From Candidatus Poribacteria bacterium (GTDB lineage: Bacteria > Poribacteria > WGA-4E > UBA9662): a DNA stretch of 64,000 nucleotides. Position 1 is the first letter of the stretch. Each line of letters begins with the position of its first letter. The notes beneath the pieces are model-generated. The model ran no database searches, had not been told where the DNA came from, and saw only the letters and a list, made by a program, of their open reading frames with translations. Position numbers and translations under genes: made by a program. Shown here in pieces: positions 50,331 through 59,788 of the stretch. Location of the stretch: assembly GCA_036339735.1 (NCBI GenBank), contig JAYZAL010000066.1, positions 32,001-96,000 of the forward strand, read 5' to 3'.

Positions 50331-50801
50331 TCACTTTACAGTAAATGTGTGGCTTCGTTCAAAAATGTTGTCCAAGAAAATCTCTACAAACCACTCACCT
50401 GTAGAGAAGCCTCCTGATCTTGGATTAATGTAGAACCAAGTTATATGCTGAAAATCAGAGGAAAATCTAATTTCTTCTTCATCGTATGGAAGGTCATCTA
50501 ATCCTTCGGCTGGTGAAAACCAGCGGACTTTGACAGTATGTGTACCAGTTACATTGGTCCAATAGAGCCAAAGGAAAATGCGTTCGGAATCAGAAAAGAA
50601 ATGATTAGTTATTCCATCAGGTCTGTCTTGGGATACATTAATCGCTAATACAGAGTCAGCTACAATTCCTTCACCACGCACCAAGTTGGCAGAAACGCCA
50701 GCACTATTTTTATCATCCCCACAACTGCTAACTAACAAAAGAACCAAGACAAACAGAAGGGAATAGTATTCTGGGTAAGAAAATTTCTTAAACGATTCCA
50801 T
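50331..50801 (-). CDS. Small beta-sandwich lipoprotein (DUF2914-like)
   Basis: Lipobox VSSC, HTVKVRWFSP, ITWFY, GEWFVEIFLD..SHTFTVK. Confidence 0.55.
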   Translation of the reverse strand: MESFKKFSYPEYYSLLFVLVLLLVSSCGDDKNSAGVSANLVRGEGIVADSVLAINVSQDRPDGITNHFFSDSERIFLWLYWTNVTGTHTVKVRWFSPAEGLDDLPYDEEEIRFSSDFQHITWFYINPRSGGFSTGEWFVEIFLDNIFERSHTFTVK

Positions 50802-50954
50802 ATTGATTCTGTACTTAAACTTAATGAAAACTCAATAATAGCAAATTGTATCAGTTAATTCAGTAAACTGCAAAAAGATCGAAAATCAATGCTGAAAACG
50901 AGCTTAATGAGCAAGGGATTAACAACTGAATTGGCACAAAATCGGCTGTAACAA

Positions 50955-51010
50955 AAGTAAAAAAGCACATACTAGGAATAATCCGAATTGCTAGTATGTG
51001 CTTTTTACTT
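50955..51010. repeat. Long inverted repeat between divergent genes
   Basis: AAAAAGCACATACTAG-N15-CTAGTATGTGCTTTTT, extendable by AAGT/ACTT. Confidence 0.75.
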
Positions 51011-51292
51011 CTACTGTTTATTATTTGGTAATTCGTTAAGATTTTTTATTAAATTTAAATATAGTTAAAACATTTGTAAAATAGAATTCGTTTGAGCCTA
51101 CTCTAATATTGAAAAATGGAACCTCCAGAGTTTTGCTACACAAAAAGATTAATGACCATCCACTCAAATCCGGATTAGTCCTTTGGTTGTTGTTGATTTG
51201 TTCAGTCAGTGTTATAATTTTAGTAAGTTTAATGATCGCACATCATACAGACCAGAAATTTAGTAATGGCGAAATCAAGATAGGAAAACAAG

Positions 51293-52069
51293 ATGTTAAC
51301 AGCAGAACAGGTTCAATCTTATAATTCTGATGGTTATCTGTTAATACCAAATGTATTTAATAAAGAAGAAATAAGTGAATGTGTGCAAGAAACAGACGCC
51401 ATGTTTGAGCGTTTGCAAATGGATGGAGGAAAGTTGGAAGCGACTTGGGGTGGCAAATGGCAAGAGAGCCAAGTTGAGCAAACTGAACGTGGAAAGACTT
51501 CGGTGTTGAGTATACATAATATGCAGTATCATTCTGCTGTTTTTACCCGAATGTTAGTACACCGCGAACTCACTTCAGCGGTTGTGAGTCTAATAGGACC
51601 AAACGTGCAATTACACCACACCAAATTGCATGTCAAACCCCCATACAAAGGCTCACCCTTTCCACTTCATCAAGATTACGAGTATTTTCCTCATACCAAT
51701 GATACGATGTTGGCTGCAGTTGTGTACTTGGAAGATTCTTCTGTTGAAAGTGGTTGTTTGTGCGTGATACCAGGTGTGCATCGTCAGGGAGCAATAGACC
51801 ATCAACATGATGGTAGCTATTATTTAGAACCCGAAAAATACCCATTAGATCAAGCGACACCCTGTGAAGGAAAAGCTGGAGATGTATTAATCTTCAGTTA
51901 TCTGACCCCCCATGGTTCTTATCCAAATCGCACAAAAAATCCAAGGAGGATTGTATTATTCCAGTTTCGTTCCGCAGATGATCTGCCATTGAAAGGAGTA
52001 CATCAGTCTCCAGGACAAGGTATGATGATAGCTGGTATTAACCCAATCCCAACGGCGAAACAAATCTAG
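51293..52069 (+). CDS. Phytanoyl-CoA dioxygenase (PhyH) family Fe(II)/2OG oxygenase
   Basis: MLTAEQVQSYNSDGYL, PLHQDY, GCLCVIPG.H, AGDVLIF...PHGS..N...RR. Confidence 0.9.
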   Translation: MLTAEQVQSYNSDGYLLIPNVFNKEEISECVQETDAMFERLQMDGGKLEATWGGKWQESQVEQTERGKTSVLSIHNMQYHSAVFTRMLVHRELTSAVVSLIGPNVQLHHTKLHVKPPYKGSPFPLHQDYEYFPHTNDTMLAAVVYLEDSSVESGCLCVIPGVHRQGAIDHQHDGSYYLEPEKYPLDQATPCEGKAGDVLIFSYLTPHGSYPNRTKNPRRIVLFQFRSADDLPLKGVHQSPGQGMMIAGINPIPTAKQI

Positions 52070-52070
52070 C

Positions 52071-53684
52071 ATGTTCGGCGATTATCAACCTAATCGGTTT
52101 GGCCCTAGCCGTTCGCCCATTATCTGTAAAAATGGTGCAGTTGCAACTAGCCAGCCATTAGCGGCTCAAGCTGGATTGAAAATCTTACAAGAAGGTGGTA
52201 ATGCTGTGGACTCGGCTATAGCAACCGCTGCTGTATTGAATGTGGTTGAACCAATGTCAACTGGCATTGGTGGTGATGCCTTTGCCTTGGTTTACATGCA
52301 AACAGAAAAGAAACTAGTGGGATTAAATGCTAGTGGCCGCTCAGCTTATGCTGCTGATCCAGAATTACTACTTCATCAGGGATTAACCACGATACCTGCG
52401 TACCATGACCTGCGAGCTTTCAATGTCCCAGGAGCCTTTGACGGTTGGGCTCAATTAATGGACCGATACGGTTCTATGTCGATGTCTGAGGTCTTACAGC
52501 CAGCTATTGATTACGCTGAAAATGGATTTCCTGTAAGTCCTCAAATTGGCAAATCCTGGTCTAAGTCAGTGCAGATGTTAGGTTACTGTAAAAATGCCCG
52601 ACAAACTTATTTGATTAATGGTAGGAGTCCTAAAATAGGAGAAGTTTTTCAAATTAAGTCTTTAGCCCGTACACTGCGGCTATTAGCTGAAGGTGGTAGG
52701 CAAGCCTTCTATGAAGGTGAAATAGCAAAACGAATTGTTCAATATTCCAATCAGAATAACGGTTGGATAAGCATGAAAGATTTTAAAGATCATACCTCAG
52801 AATGGGTTGAACCTATTTGTACCAATTATGGGGGATACCAAGTTTATGAGTTACCTCCCAACGGACAAGGTATTGCTGCTTTAATAGCTCTTAATATTAT
52901 GAAGCAATTCGAACAGGTAAAAGTGCCGTTTGATAGTCCAGATCGTTTCCACTTGATGATTGAAGCCATGAAACTTGGGTTGGTCGATTTACACCAGCAT
53001 GTAACCGACCCGACATTTTCTGATATTCCTATTAGCCAGCTTTTATCTTTAAGTTATGGTAAGGAACAGGCGAAAAGAATTAACATGGGGCATTCTTTGC
53101 CCTCTGTTGATTTAACTAAATCAACTGTTGGATATGATACTGTTTACTTATCGATAGTAGACAAGGACAGAAATGTAGTGTCGTTCATTAATAGTTTATT
53201 TCACCAGTTTGGTTCTTACTTAGTTGCTGGGAATACAGGCATTTTGTTGCAGAATCGAGGTGCTGGATTCTCACTTGACTGTGATCATGTCAACTACTTA
53301 GCTCCACACAAACGCACCTTACATACTATTATTCCAGGTATGATGATGAAAGATGGTATACCGTTGATGCCGTTTGGCGTAATGGGTGGACCAATGCAAC
53401 CGCAAGGACATCTACAACTTATTAGTAATCTGGTTGATTACAATATGGATATTCAATCGGCCCTAGACGCTCCAAGATTTCAGGTCATGCTAGATGGAAA
53501 AATTGCGGTTGAGGACAGTTTCAGGTTAGAAGTGTCAAAAGCTTTGGAAAAGAAGAATCATCAACTACTATTGGATAGCGATACATTTTTCGGTGGTGGC
53601 CAAGCCATTTTAGTTGATTCAGAAAATAATACACTTGTTGCAGGTTCTGACTCACGAAGGGACGGTTGTGCAGTAGGATATTAG
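52071..53684 (+). CDS. ggt: Gamma-glutamyltransferase (no signal peptide)
   Basis: GGNAVDSAIA, EPMSTGIGGD, D|TVYLSIVD nucleophile, LQNRG, GVMGGPMQPQGH, GSDSRRDG. Confidence 0.93.
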   Translation: MFGDYQPNRFGPSRSPIICKNGAVATSQPLAAQAGLKILQEGGNAVDSAIATAAVLNVVEPMSTGIGGDAFALVYMQTEKKLVGLNASGRSAYAADPELLLHQGLTTIPAYHDLRAFNVPGAFDGWAQLMDRYGSMSMSEVLQPAIDYAENGFPVSPQIGKSWSKSVQMLGYCKNARQTYLINGRSPKIGEVFQIKSLARTLRLLAEGGRQAFYEGEIAKRIVQYSNQNNGWISMKDFKDHTSEWVEPICTNYGGYQVYELPPNGQGIAALIALNIMKQFEQVKVPFDSPDRFHLMIEAMKLGLVDLHQHVTDPTFSDIPISQLLSLSYGKEQAKRINMGHSLPSVDLTKSTVGYDTVYLSIVDKDRNVVSFINSLFHQFGSYLVAGNTGILLQNRGAGFSLDCDHVNYLAPHKRTLHTIIPGMMMKDGIPLMPFGVMGGPMQPQGHLQLISNLVDYNMDIQSALDAPRFQVMLDGKIAVEDSFRLEVSKALEKKNHQLLLDSDTFFGGGQAILVDSENNTLVAGSDSRRDGCAVGY

Positions 53685-53757
53685 TTTTCGGCTAATCCTT
53701 TTTCACCACTAGTCAAAAAGAGCAGTTAGGCTGTTGTTATTATCTTTTTGATTTGTC

Positions 53758-53786
53758 TTGACATGCGCTAGCGCCTTACGTAAACT
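53758..53786 (+). promoter_or_regulatory. Putative sigma70 promoter for the TPR-hisC unit
   Basis: TTGACA-N17-TAAACT, about 100 nt upstream of an AAGGAG RBS and GTG 53890. Confidence 0.55.
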
Positions 53787-53889
53787 TTGCGTGCTTTGGT
53801 TCTGGCAGATTGGTTAGTTTTTCGTAATTCGGGTATTTAGAGTCATTAGATTTAATATTATCTTGGCAAGAGATTTCAAGGAGTAGCTG

Positions 53890-55125
53890 GTGAAGCGTAC
53901 CATTGTTATAGTCGATTTGGTAATTCTAGCATGTTTGGCCGGTTTTTTTATTGGCCGAGGCACTAGCCACCAGATAAGCAAGTATGATGAACGAGCTGAA
54001 AAAGCTTGGAAGAAAGTAGAGCAAGCCGACACTCCGCCCGTGACGGAAGATAGCACGCAAAAACAATTTGAAAAAGTACGAGTACTCTATCGAAAAGTTT
54101 TTGATCTATATCCGGATTCTCATTGGGCTGATGACGCACTTTATCAGTATGCATCTCGATTAGCCCGATCTCAAGAACAACAGTTTATTATGTTGCGTCG
54201 CTTGATTTCGGATTATCCAGATAGTGAGTACGCCGATGATTCTTTGTACGCTATTGCCTATGCAAACTATCGGCTTGCTGAGGACGAAAAAGCCAAAAAT
54301 TCTGAGTTGGCTGAATCTGATTTGTATTATAACCGTGCTTTGCGTTTTTTTGAGCAGCTAGTCGCTAATTATCCAGGTAGTAGCTTACATAACAACTCTC
54401 TATTTAACAGAGCTATGTGTTACTATGGAAAAGGGCAATGGAGTATAGCTCAAGATGAGTTTCGAACATTGAGAATTGATTTAGCTAGTGATCCGATCGT
54501 TCATGAGGTAGTCTACCAACTTGGGCGTATAGCTATTGAGACTCAGCAATACGAAGATGCGGTTTCTGAATTTCAGAATGTAGTTGATGCAGGAATTCAG
54601 AGGCTAGCACCCAATGCTCAGTTCGGTATTGCCCAGGCGTTTTTCTCTCAGAGTAAATATGAAGAAGCAATTTCTGCATACGAGCGTACAATTGAGAATT
54701 ACCCTAAATCAATAGCAGCCCAAGATTCTTACTTCTACATAGGTTGGGCTTACCAGCGAATGGGGAAAAATGAGGAGGCAATTATACAATTGGAAGAGGC
54801 CATATCATCATACCCGCGGAATGAGAATGCGCCAAATTCGCTTGTTTTTATAGCCCAAATCCACTACGACCAAGAAAATTCTGATGGTGCTATTGAAACT
54901 TACCGAAAAGTGGTTGACGATAACGAAAAGTTTAGCTACGATATGCGCCGATCGGCGCTGTATTGGATTGGCAAGATATACGAAGAAGAAGGTGACTTGG
55001 ATCAGGCTGTTAATACCTATACTTCTCTGGTAAAAGATTATGCGGAGCATCACCAAACGCATCATCACCCATCCAACAACATTAATGAAGAATATATCCA
55101 AAAGCTTCAAGCTAGTCGCTCTTAA
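53890..55125 (+). CDS. Exported/membrane-anchored TPR protein (BamD/CpoB-like repeats)
   Basis: N-terminal hydrophobic segment and repeated YPxS..ADD/A.Y..A TPR units. Confidence 0.8.
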   Translation: MKRTIVIVDLVILACLAGFFIGRGTSHQISKYDERAEKAWKKVEQADTPPVTEDSTQKQFEKVRVLYRKVFDLYPDSHWADDALYQYASRLARSQEQQFIMLRRLISDYPDSEYADDSLYAIAYANYRLAEDEKAKNSELAESDLYYNRALRFFEQLVANYPGSSLHNNSLFNRAMCYYGKGQWSIAQDEFRTLRIDLASDPIVHEVVYQLGRIAIETQQYEDAVSEFQNVVDAGIQRLAPNAQFGIAQAFFSQSKYEEAISAYERTIENYPKSIAAQDSYFYIGWAYQRMGKNEEAIIQLEEAISSYPRNENAPNSLVFIAQIHYDQENSDGAIETYRKVVDDNEKFSYDMRRSALYWIGKIYEEEGDLDQAVNTYTSLVKDYAEHHQTHHHPSNNINEEYIQKLQASRS

Positions 55126-55138
55126 TTAGTTAGGTTCG

Positions 55139-56209
55139 ATGGATTTACGACGTTTTTTTCGTTCGGACTTAGCTAAACTTTCGCCCTATTCTGTAAAAAA
55201 AAGTCGACCTCGGATTAAGCTTGACGCAAACGAGTCTCCGTTCGATCTACCAGTTTTTATTAGGCAGGAAATCCAAGAAAAGCTGTCAAGGCTAACTTTC
55301 CACCTTTACCCAGAACCAACCGCAGATGAGCTAAGAAGTTCTCTTGCAACATACTTAGGCTTGCCTGCTGACTGGATCGTCATTGGTAATGGTTCAGACG
55401 AGCTATTATCTTACCTCGTTCAAGTTTTTTCCCGCGAACATTCCTCAATACTCTACCCAACCCCAACCTTTTCAATGTATGGTATTTTGGCTCAGATAGC
55501 CGGAGTCTCTGCGTTTGGTATACCACTTGACAACAACTTCGATCTCGATGCCGAAATCTGGCAACATCAGCTAAACCAAAAGAGACAGAATTTGATTTTT
55601 TTGTCTTATCCAAACAATCCAACAGGGAACTTATTCAATACCAAAGTAATAGATCAAATATTAGAGCAGCCTAACACCCTTGTTGTGTTAGATGAAGCAT
55701 ACTATGAATTTTCTGGACGAACCTTTTTAGATAAGATAGGCTCTAATAAAAATTTGATAATTACAAGGACTTTTTCTAAAGCTTATGGTTTGGCAAGTCT
55801 GCGTTGTGGTTATTTGATTGCTCACCCAGACATTATCAATCAAATCAACAAAGTTCGATTGCCCTATAACCTAAACCAATTCACACAAGTATGTGTTTCT
55901 AGTGTTCTGCAGCAAAGAGAGATGATTACGAGTAAGATTGCCATGCTTCAGTATGAACGTGGAATAGTTTACGAAGCATTGAAGAACATGGAGGGTGTGG
56001 ATCCATTTCCGACCGACGCTAATTTCATCCTTTTTCGTACTCAATCTTCATCAAGTCGGGTACATGCATCTTTACTTGATAAAGGCATTTTAATTCGTTC
56101 TTTCGAACAAAAAGAACCTCTAATTGACTGTTTGCGGGTGACTGTGGGAACGGATAAACAGAATCACGAGTTTCTATCAAACCTTGCTATAGCTCTATCC
56201 CAAGATTAA
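55139..56209 (+). CDS. hisC: Histidinol-phosphate aminotransferase
   Basis: KLDANESP, GNGSDE, PTFSMY, YPNNPTG, DEAYYEF, RTFSKAYGLA.LR.G, LRVTVG. Confidence 0.94.
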   Translation: MDLRRFFRSDLAKLSPYSVKKSRPRIKLDANESPFDLPVFIRQEIQEKLSRLTFHLYPEPTADELRSSLATYLGLPADWIVIGNGSDELLSYLVQVFSREHSSILYPTPTFSMYGILAQIAGVSAFGIPLDNNFDLDAEIWQHQLNQKRQNLIFLSYPNNPTGNLFNTKVIDQILEQPNTLVVLDEAYYEFSGRTFLDKIGSNKNLIITRTFSKAYGLASLRCGYLIAHPDIINQINKVRLPYNLNQFTQVCVSSVLQQREMITSKIAMLQYERGIVYEALKNMEGVDPFPTDANFILFRTQSSSSRVHASLLDKGILIRSFEQKEPLIDCLRVTVGTDKQNHEFLSNLAIALSQD

Positions 56210-56387
56210 AAAAACAAGGTGCCGTACCCTGTTTTACTAGATTGGAAGGCTGTATAATTCAATGAAAATTTCAAACATTCTTCGAACTTGTCTAGGTAGG
56301 CAAGTTACAATACGTCTCATTGATTTATAGTCTCTAGCCGTTTTGCACACCGGTAGTAGGCTTACCACATATATGGGTCATTGACAA

Positions 56388-57350
56388 TCAAACCAAAAAT
56401 GTCTGGGGCATAACCAAGCCTGTACTAGATTCAGTAGAACTATTTCCATGAGTGCCAAATGCCAGAACACCTTTAGCTGGCTCAATTAACGTTGGTGCTA
56501 AAAAAATCAAAGACCTATTGCGTTGACGAAATAAGTGAACAGCGTGATGCCCATTGATCCCATACATATTGATAAAATCGTAGATAATTTTTGGTAATTG
56601 CTGAGCTTCATCTGACTTGTGAGGCTGGTAAGCTGAAAATTCCCGAGCCTCAGTCTGTAATAAAGCCCCCATATCTAAACCTAAACGATGCTCTGATGGT
56701 GCAAATAGATGGATTACCTCCCGTTTTACGGGTGTAGATTTACCCCATCGGTGTTGGATAGATTTTAAGAAACTGTTAGCTGGATCTGAGTACTTTGCCA
56801 CAGGGATTGATAAAGAAGATGTCTGGGTTGTCACTGGCATGTACTGGCAAAGAAGCAAATTCAAGGGGCCAAATTTTAAGTGATAATAGGTGTATTTCCA
56901 TTTTGGCATTTGTACTAATTCCACCAAATGATTAAAGCTATCCACTTGAAACTGGTTTTTGACCTGCAATGTCACATCATTAGACAAATCAAAATTATAA
57001 AAAACAAATCGTTCATCAATCTGGCTTGGCATATCACCAATTATCTGTTCTAGATCAACAATCTGTCGTTGCATATCTTCTAGAGTTATCTGCGCAATAG
57101 TTTCTTGATTCTCAGCTGTGCGTTCTGCCAACCTCTTGAGATCGTATATAATTTTCGTTTTTTTGGATTGAATTTGCTGAAAATTCAATCCAGACGAAGC
57201 TAATCCATCTAACCGATCTAAATACTCAATATATTTGCGAGTGTCCTTCGCTGCTAGTTCCATTGTGGTTTGAATAGTCTTGATGGATTCAGAAATTGGT
57301 AGATTTTTCAGATTTAGATTGATCAAGTTAGATATCAGTTTTCTTTGCAT
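56388..57350 (-). CDS. Hypothetical protein (helical/coiled-coil N-half, alpha/beta C-half)
   Basis: 320-aa ORF filling the gap. No motif recognised. Confidence 0.7.
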   Translation of the reverse strand: MQRKLISNLINLNLKNLPISESIKTIQTTMELAAKDTRKYIEYLDRLDGLASSGLNFQQIQSKKTKIIYDLKRLAERTAENQETIAQITLEDMQRQIVDLEQIIGDMPSQIDERFVFYNFDLSNDVTLQVKNQFQVDSFNHLVELVQMPKWKYTYYHLKFGPLNLLLCQYMPVTTQTSSLSIPVAKYSDPANSFLKSIQHRWGKSTPVKREVIHLFAPSEHRLGLDMGALLQTEAREFSAYQPHKSDEAQQLPKIIYDFINMYGINGHHAVHLFRQRNRSLIFLAPTLIEPAKGVLAFGTHGNSSTESSTGLVMPQTFLV

Positions 57351-57533
57351 ACTTTGATTAGATTGCTCTTTTCCTACAACTGCTGGCTGTGCTATAATGT
57401 GCTTGTCCTTTGGCTCATAGAGACATTGGATTATACATTAAAATAATATCTAAATAACATACTTTTCCTCTAACCGTTTCTATTTTTATACTTTATTATT
57501 TTTTTGTTAAATTAGAGTCGTGGAGAACACTAG

Positions 57534-59741
57534 ATGGCAAAATGGAATGAGTTCATAGACAGTGCATTAACTAAGCTGTCAGGTACAAGACGAGGAGATA
57601 AGCTGCCACAACTGGCAGTCGGGTCGTCAGATGACGAAAAATCCGGTAAGCTCGTCCTTTTGGAAGGGAAAAAAAAGCGTCAGGAAAGACAGGTTAAGCA
57701 GAGGCTCAGCTATCAATTACTGGAGAAGATGCGTAGGCGAGCACTGAGTTGGAAATCTTACTATTATCATGATCAATATCAGATTCCTCGCCTAGCTATT
57801 ACAAATGATAATGCTACTGGTGCCCATGTTGTCGAACGACGGTACCTAGTTTCCTTTGACCAAATTATTGAGGCCAATTTGTATACTAATGCTTCTGGGT
57901 CAGTGATCTCGATTGATGTTAACGATCTACAACATGTTCATCGTCAACAGTTTGATCAGTTGGATCAAGGCAAAATTCGTTTTCAAGTTTACGATGAAAC
58001 GTTCGAAATGCGGATTTGGTATGGCGATCAAGAAAACAATGAGCATAATCAGCCTCAACCACTGGGGAAGCACAAAATTTTTATTAATGGTAATGTCTCT
58101 TTTTTACTTCGTCCCTTTCGTAATCTAGGAGCTGATGGTTTCGCAGCAGTAGCTAATCGCCTTTTGATTCAAGAAGATGTACCGGTTGATGCCAAAAATT
58201 CTATCGAATCGCTTTTGATGGAGCTAGGTAGTGAAGAGCTTTTAAAGCATTATCAATCCGCTTTAGACGAGTTTAATCAAAAATCTGCCTTACGTCGTTC
58301 AATGAAACTAAACCAAGAAGCATCTGATGTGCCACTAGTTATTACTAAAGTTGACCGGCAAAAAAAGAATAGAAATGGGGAGCATAAGTTGATTGTTGAC
58401 CACTCAGTGTCTGATAGTGCTTATCAGCTCTTTGCGGTAATGAGCGACAATCATTTCGCCGAAATCGAAGAGGATTTGCTTTATATTAGCCTTTCCTCCC
58501 TGAGTTTTGATCGTTCAGGAGTATTGGATGGATGCTCATCCCTAAAAGAAAAACTTTATCAGTACGTCGAAGATGACATGTTAATTGATAAACAACTCGG
58601 TAATTTCTATCATTTCCTCAGTCAAGAAACTGAAGAACGTGAACTCAAAGAAACTAGAGTTGATTCGCTTAGATACTCAGCATTGGAAGATGAAGCCTAC
58701 GAAGAGATTTTAGTAGAGATTTTAGAGGATCTACGGTGGATTATCGCCGATTATCGCTACTCTAGTTACCTGCCGTTAAGAAGTCAGATCGACCAACTTC
58801 AACCGATAATTCACTCTTTGGGACAAGCACTAGAAGATGCCCGCGAGCTCCATCGAAGACGCGAAATTACTGATTCTCGACAGATTCTTACCGAAAGAGC
58901 ATTTGAATCTCCAAATGACCGACAATATCAAATGTCTTCCAGTTCGGAAAATAGGAGCTACTATGACCAATTGCTCGACGTACAGCAAATCATCGAAGAT
59001 ATCAAAAAGCAGATGTATAGATCCGTTTCGGATGTTTCATTGTCTTTGACAAAATCAGCTTTCTTGATAGTTGAAATAAGCCTTCAGGATTTCCCGATTC
59101 TAACTCCGGTTAGCAGAAAATTACTTGAATTGATGGGACATATCATGTCATCTCAAGAACAACCATCAGGAATTGTAGAACAAACGGTGGGTACAGATTT
59201 AGTTGCATCTCAAAATTTTGAGCTTGAAATTGTTGATCAATTGGTACATCTGATGGCTGAAATCCAGCAGGCTCTAGAAAACCAAGTAGCAGGCGATGAT
59301 GTCCGTTATCTGCAATCTCTATCCACGGAATTAGAACAGATATGCCTTGGTGATAAATTAGTTTCCGATAGTGACTGGCACTCAGATTACGTTGAATTTG
59401 TAGACCATAAGGTTACTGATTTCAATGATCGAATTTTTCAAATGGCAATTGATCGGCAAAAACAACTAGAAAGTGACCTCGGCGATCTGAATGAATTAGT
59501 TGATACTTTTGTCAGTGGTGTTAGTGTACCAGCTCTCTTACCATCACAACTCCATGAATCAGGTAATGGTATACAAACATACCTAGTACAAGAATTACAA
59601 AGTTATCTCAATGCTCAGGATTTGCAACTACATACAGTCCCAGGTCAGGAACAACAACTCCAATCGTTATTGAATGAGTTACTACCAAAACGTTTGGATA
59701 CACCACTCGAGCAAGTTGAATATTTTTTCCGTTTCTGCTAA
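57534..59741 (+). CDS. Hypothetical cytoplasmic protein, helical acidic C-terminal half
   Basis: 735-aa ORF with a GGAG RBS. No motif recognised. Confidence 0.8.
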   Translation: MAKWNEFIDSALTKLSGTRRGDKLPQLAVGSSDDEKSGKLVLLEGKKKRQERQVKQRLSYQLLEKMRRRALSWKSYYYHDQYQIPRLAITNDNATGAHVVERRYLVSFDQIIEANLYTNASGSVISIDVNDLQHVHRQQFDQLDQGKIRFQVYDETFEMRIWYGDQENNEHNQPQPLGKHKIFINGNVSFLLRPFRNLGADGFAAVANRLLIQEDVPVDAKNSIESLLMELGSEELLKHYQSALDEFNQKSALRRSMKLNQEASDVPLVITKVDRQKKNRNGEHKLIVDHSVSDSAYQLFAVMSDNHFAEIEEDLLYISLSSLSFDRSGVLDGCSSLKEKLYQYVEDDMLIDKQLGNFYHFLSQETEERELKETRVDSLRYSALEDEAYEEILVEILEDLRWIIADYRYSSYLPLRSQIDQLQPIIHSLGQALEDARELHRRREITDSRQILTERAFESPNDRQYQMSSSSENRSYYDQLLDVQQIIEDIKKQMYRSVSDVSLSLTKSAFLIVEISLQDFPILTPVSRKLLELMGHIMSSQEQPSGIVEQTVGTDLVASQNFELEIVDQLVHLMAEIQQALENQVAGDDVRYLQSLSTELEQICLGDKLVSDSDWHSDYVEFVDHKVTDFNDRIFQMAIDRQKQLESDLGDLNELVDTFVSGVSVPALLPSQLHESGNGIQTYLVQELQSYLNAQDLQLHTVPGQEQQLQSLLNELLPKRLDTPLEQVEYFFRFC

Positions 59742-59788
59742 TTTTATATACTGATTAGTAAACTAAGTAAGGCAATTCTTCCAATCAA

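Noticed and set aside
48304-53684. Co-location of self-cleaving Thr-nucleophile enzymes (ArgJ, GGT, plus PrcB earlier in the window)
   Set aside because: Unrelated pathways in separate transcription units; most likely coincidence.
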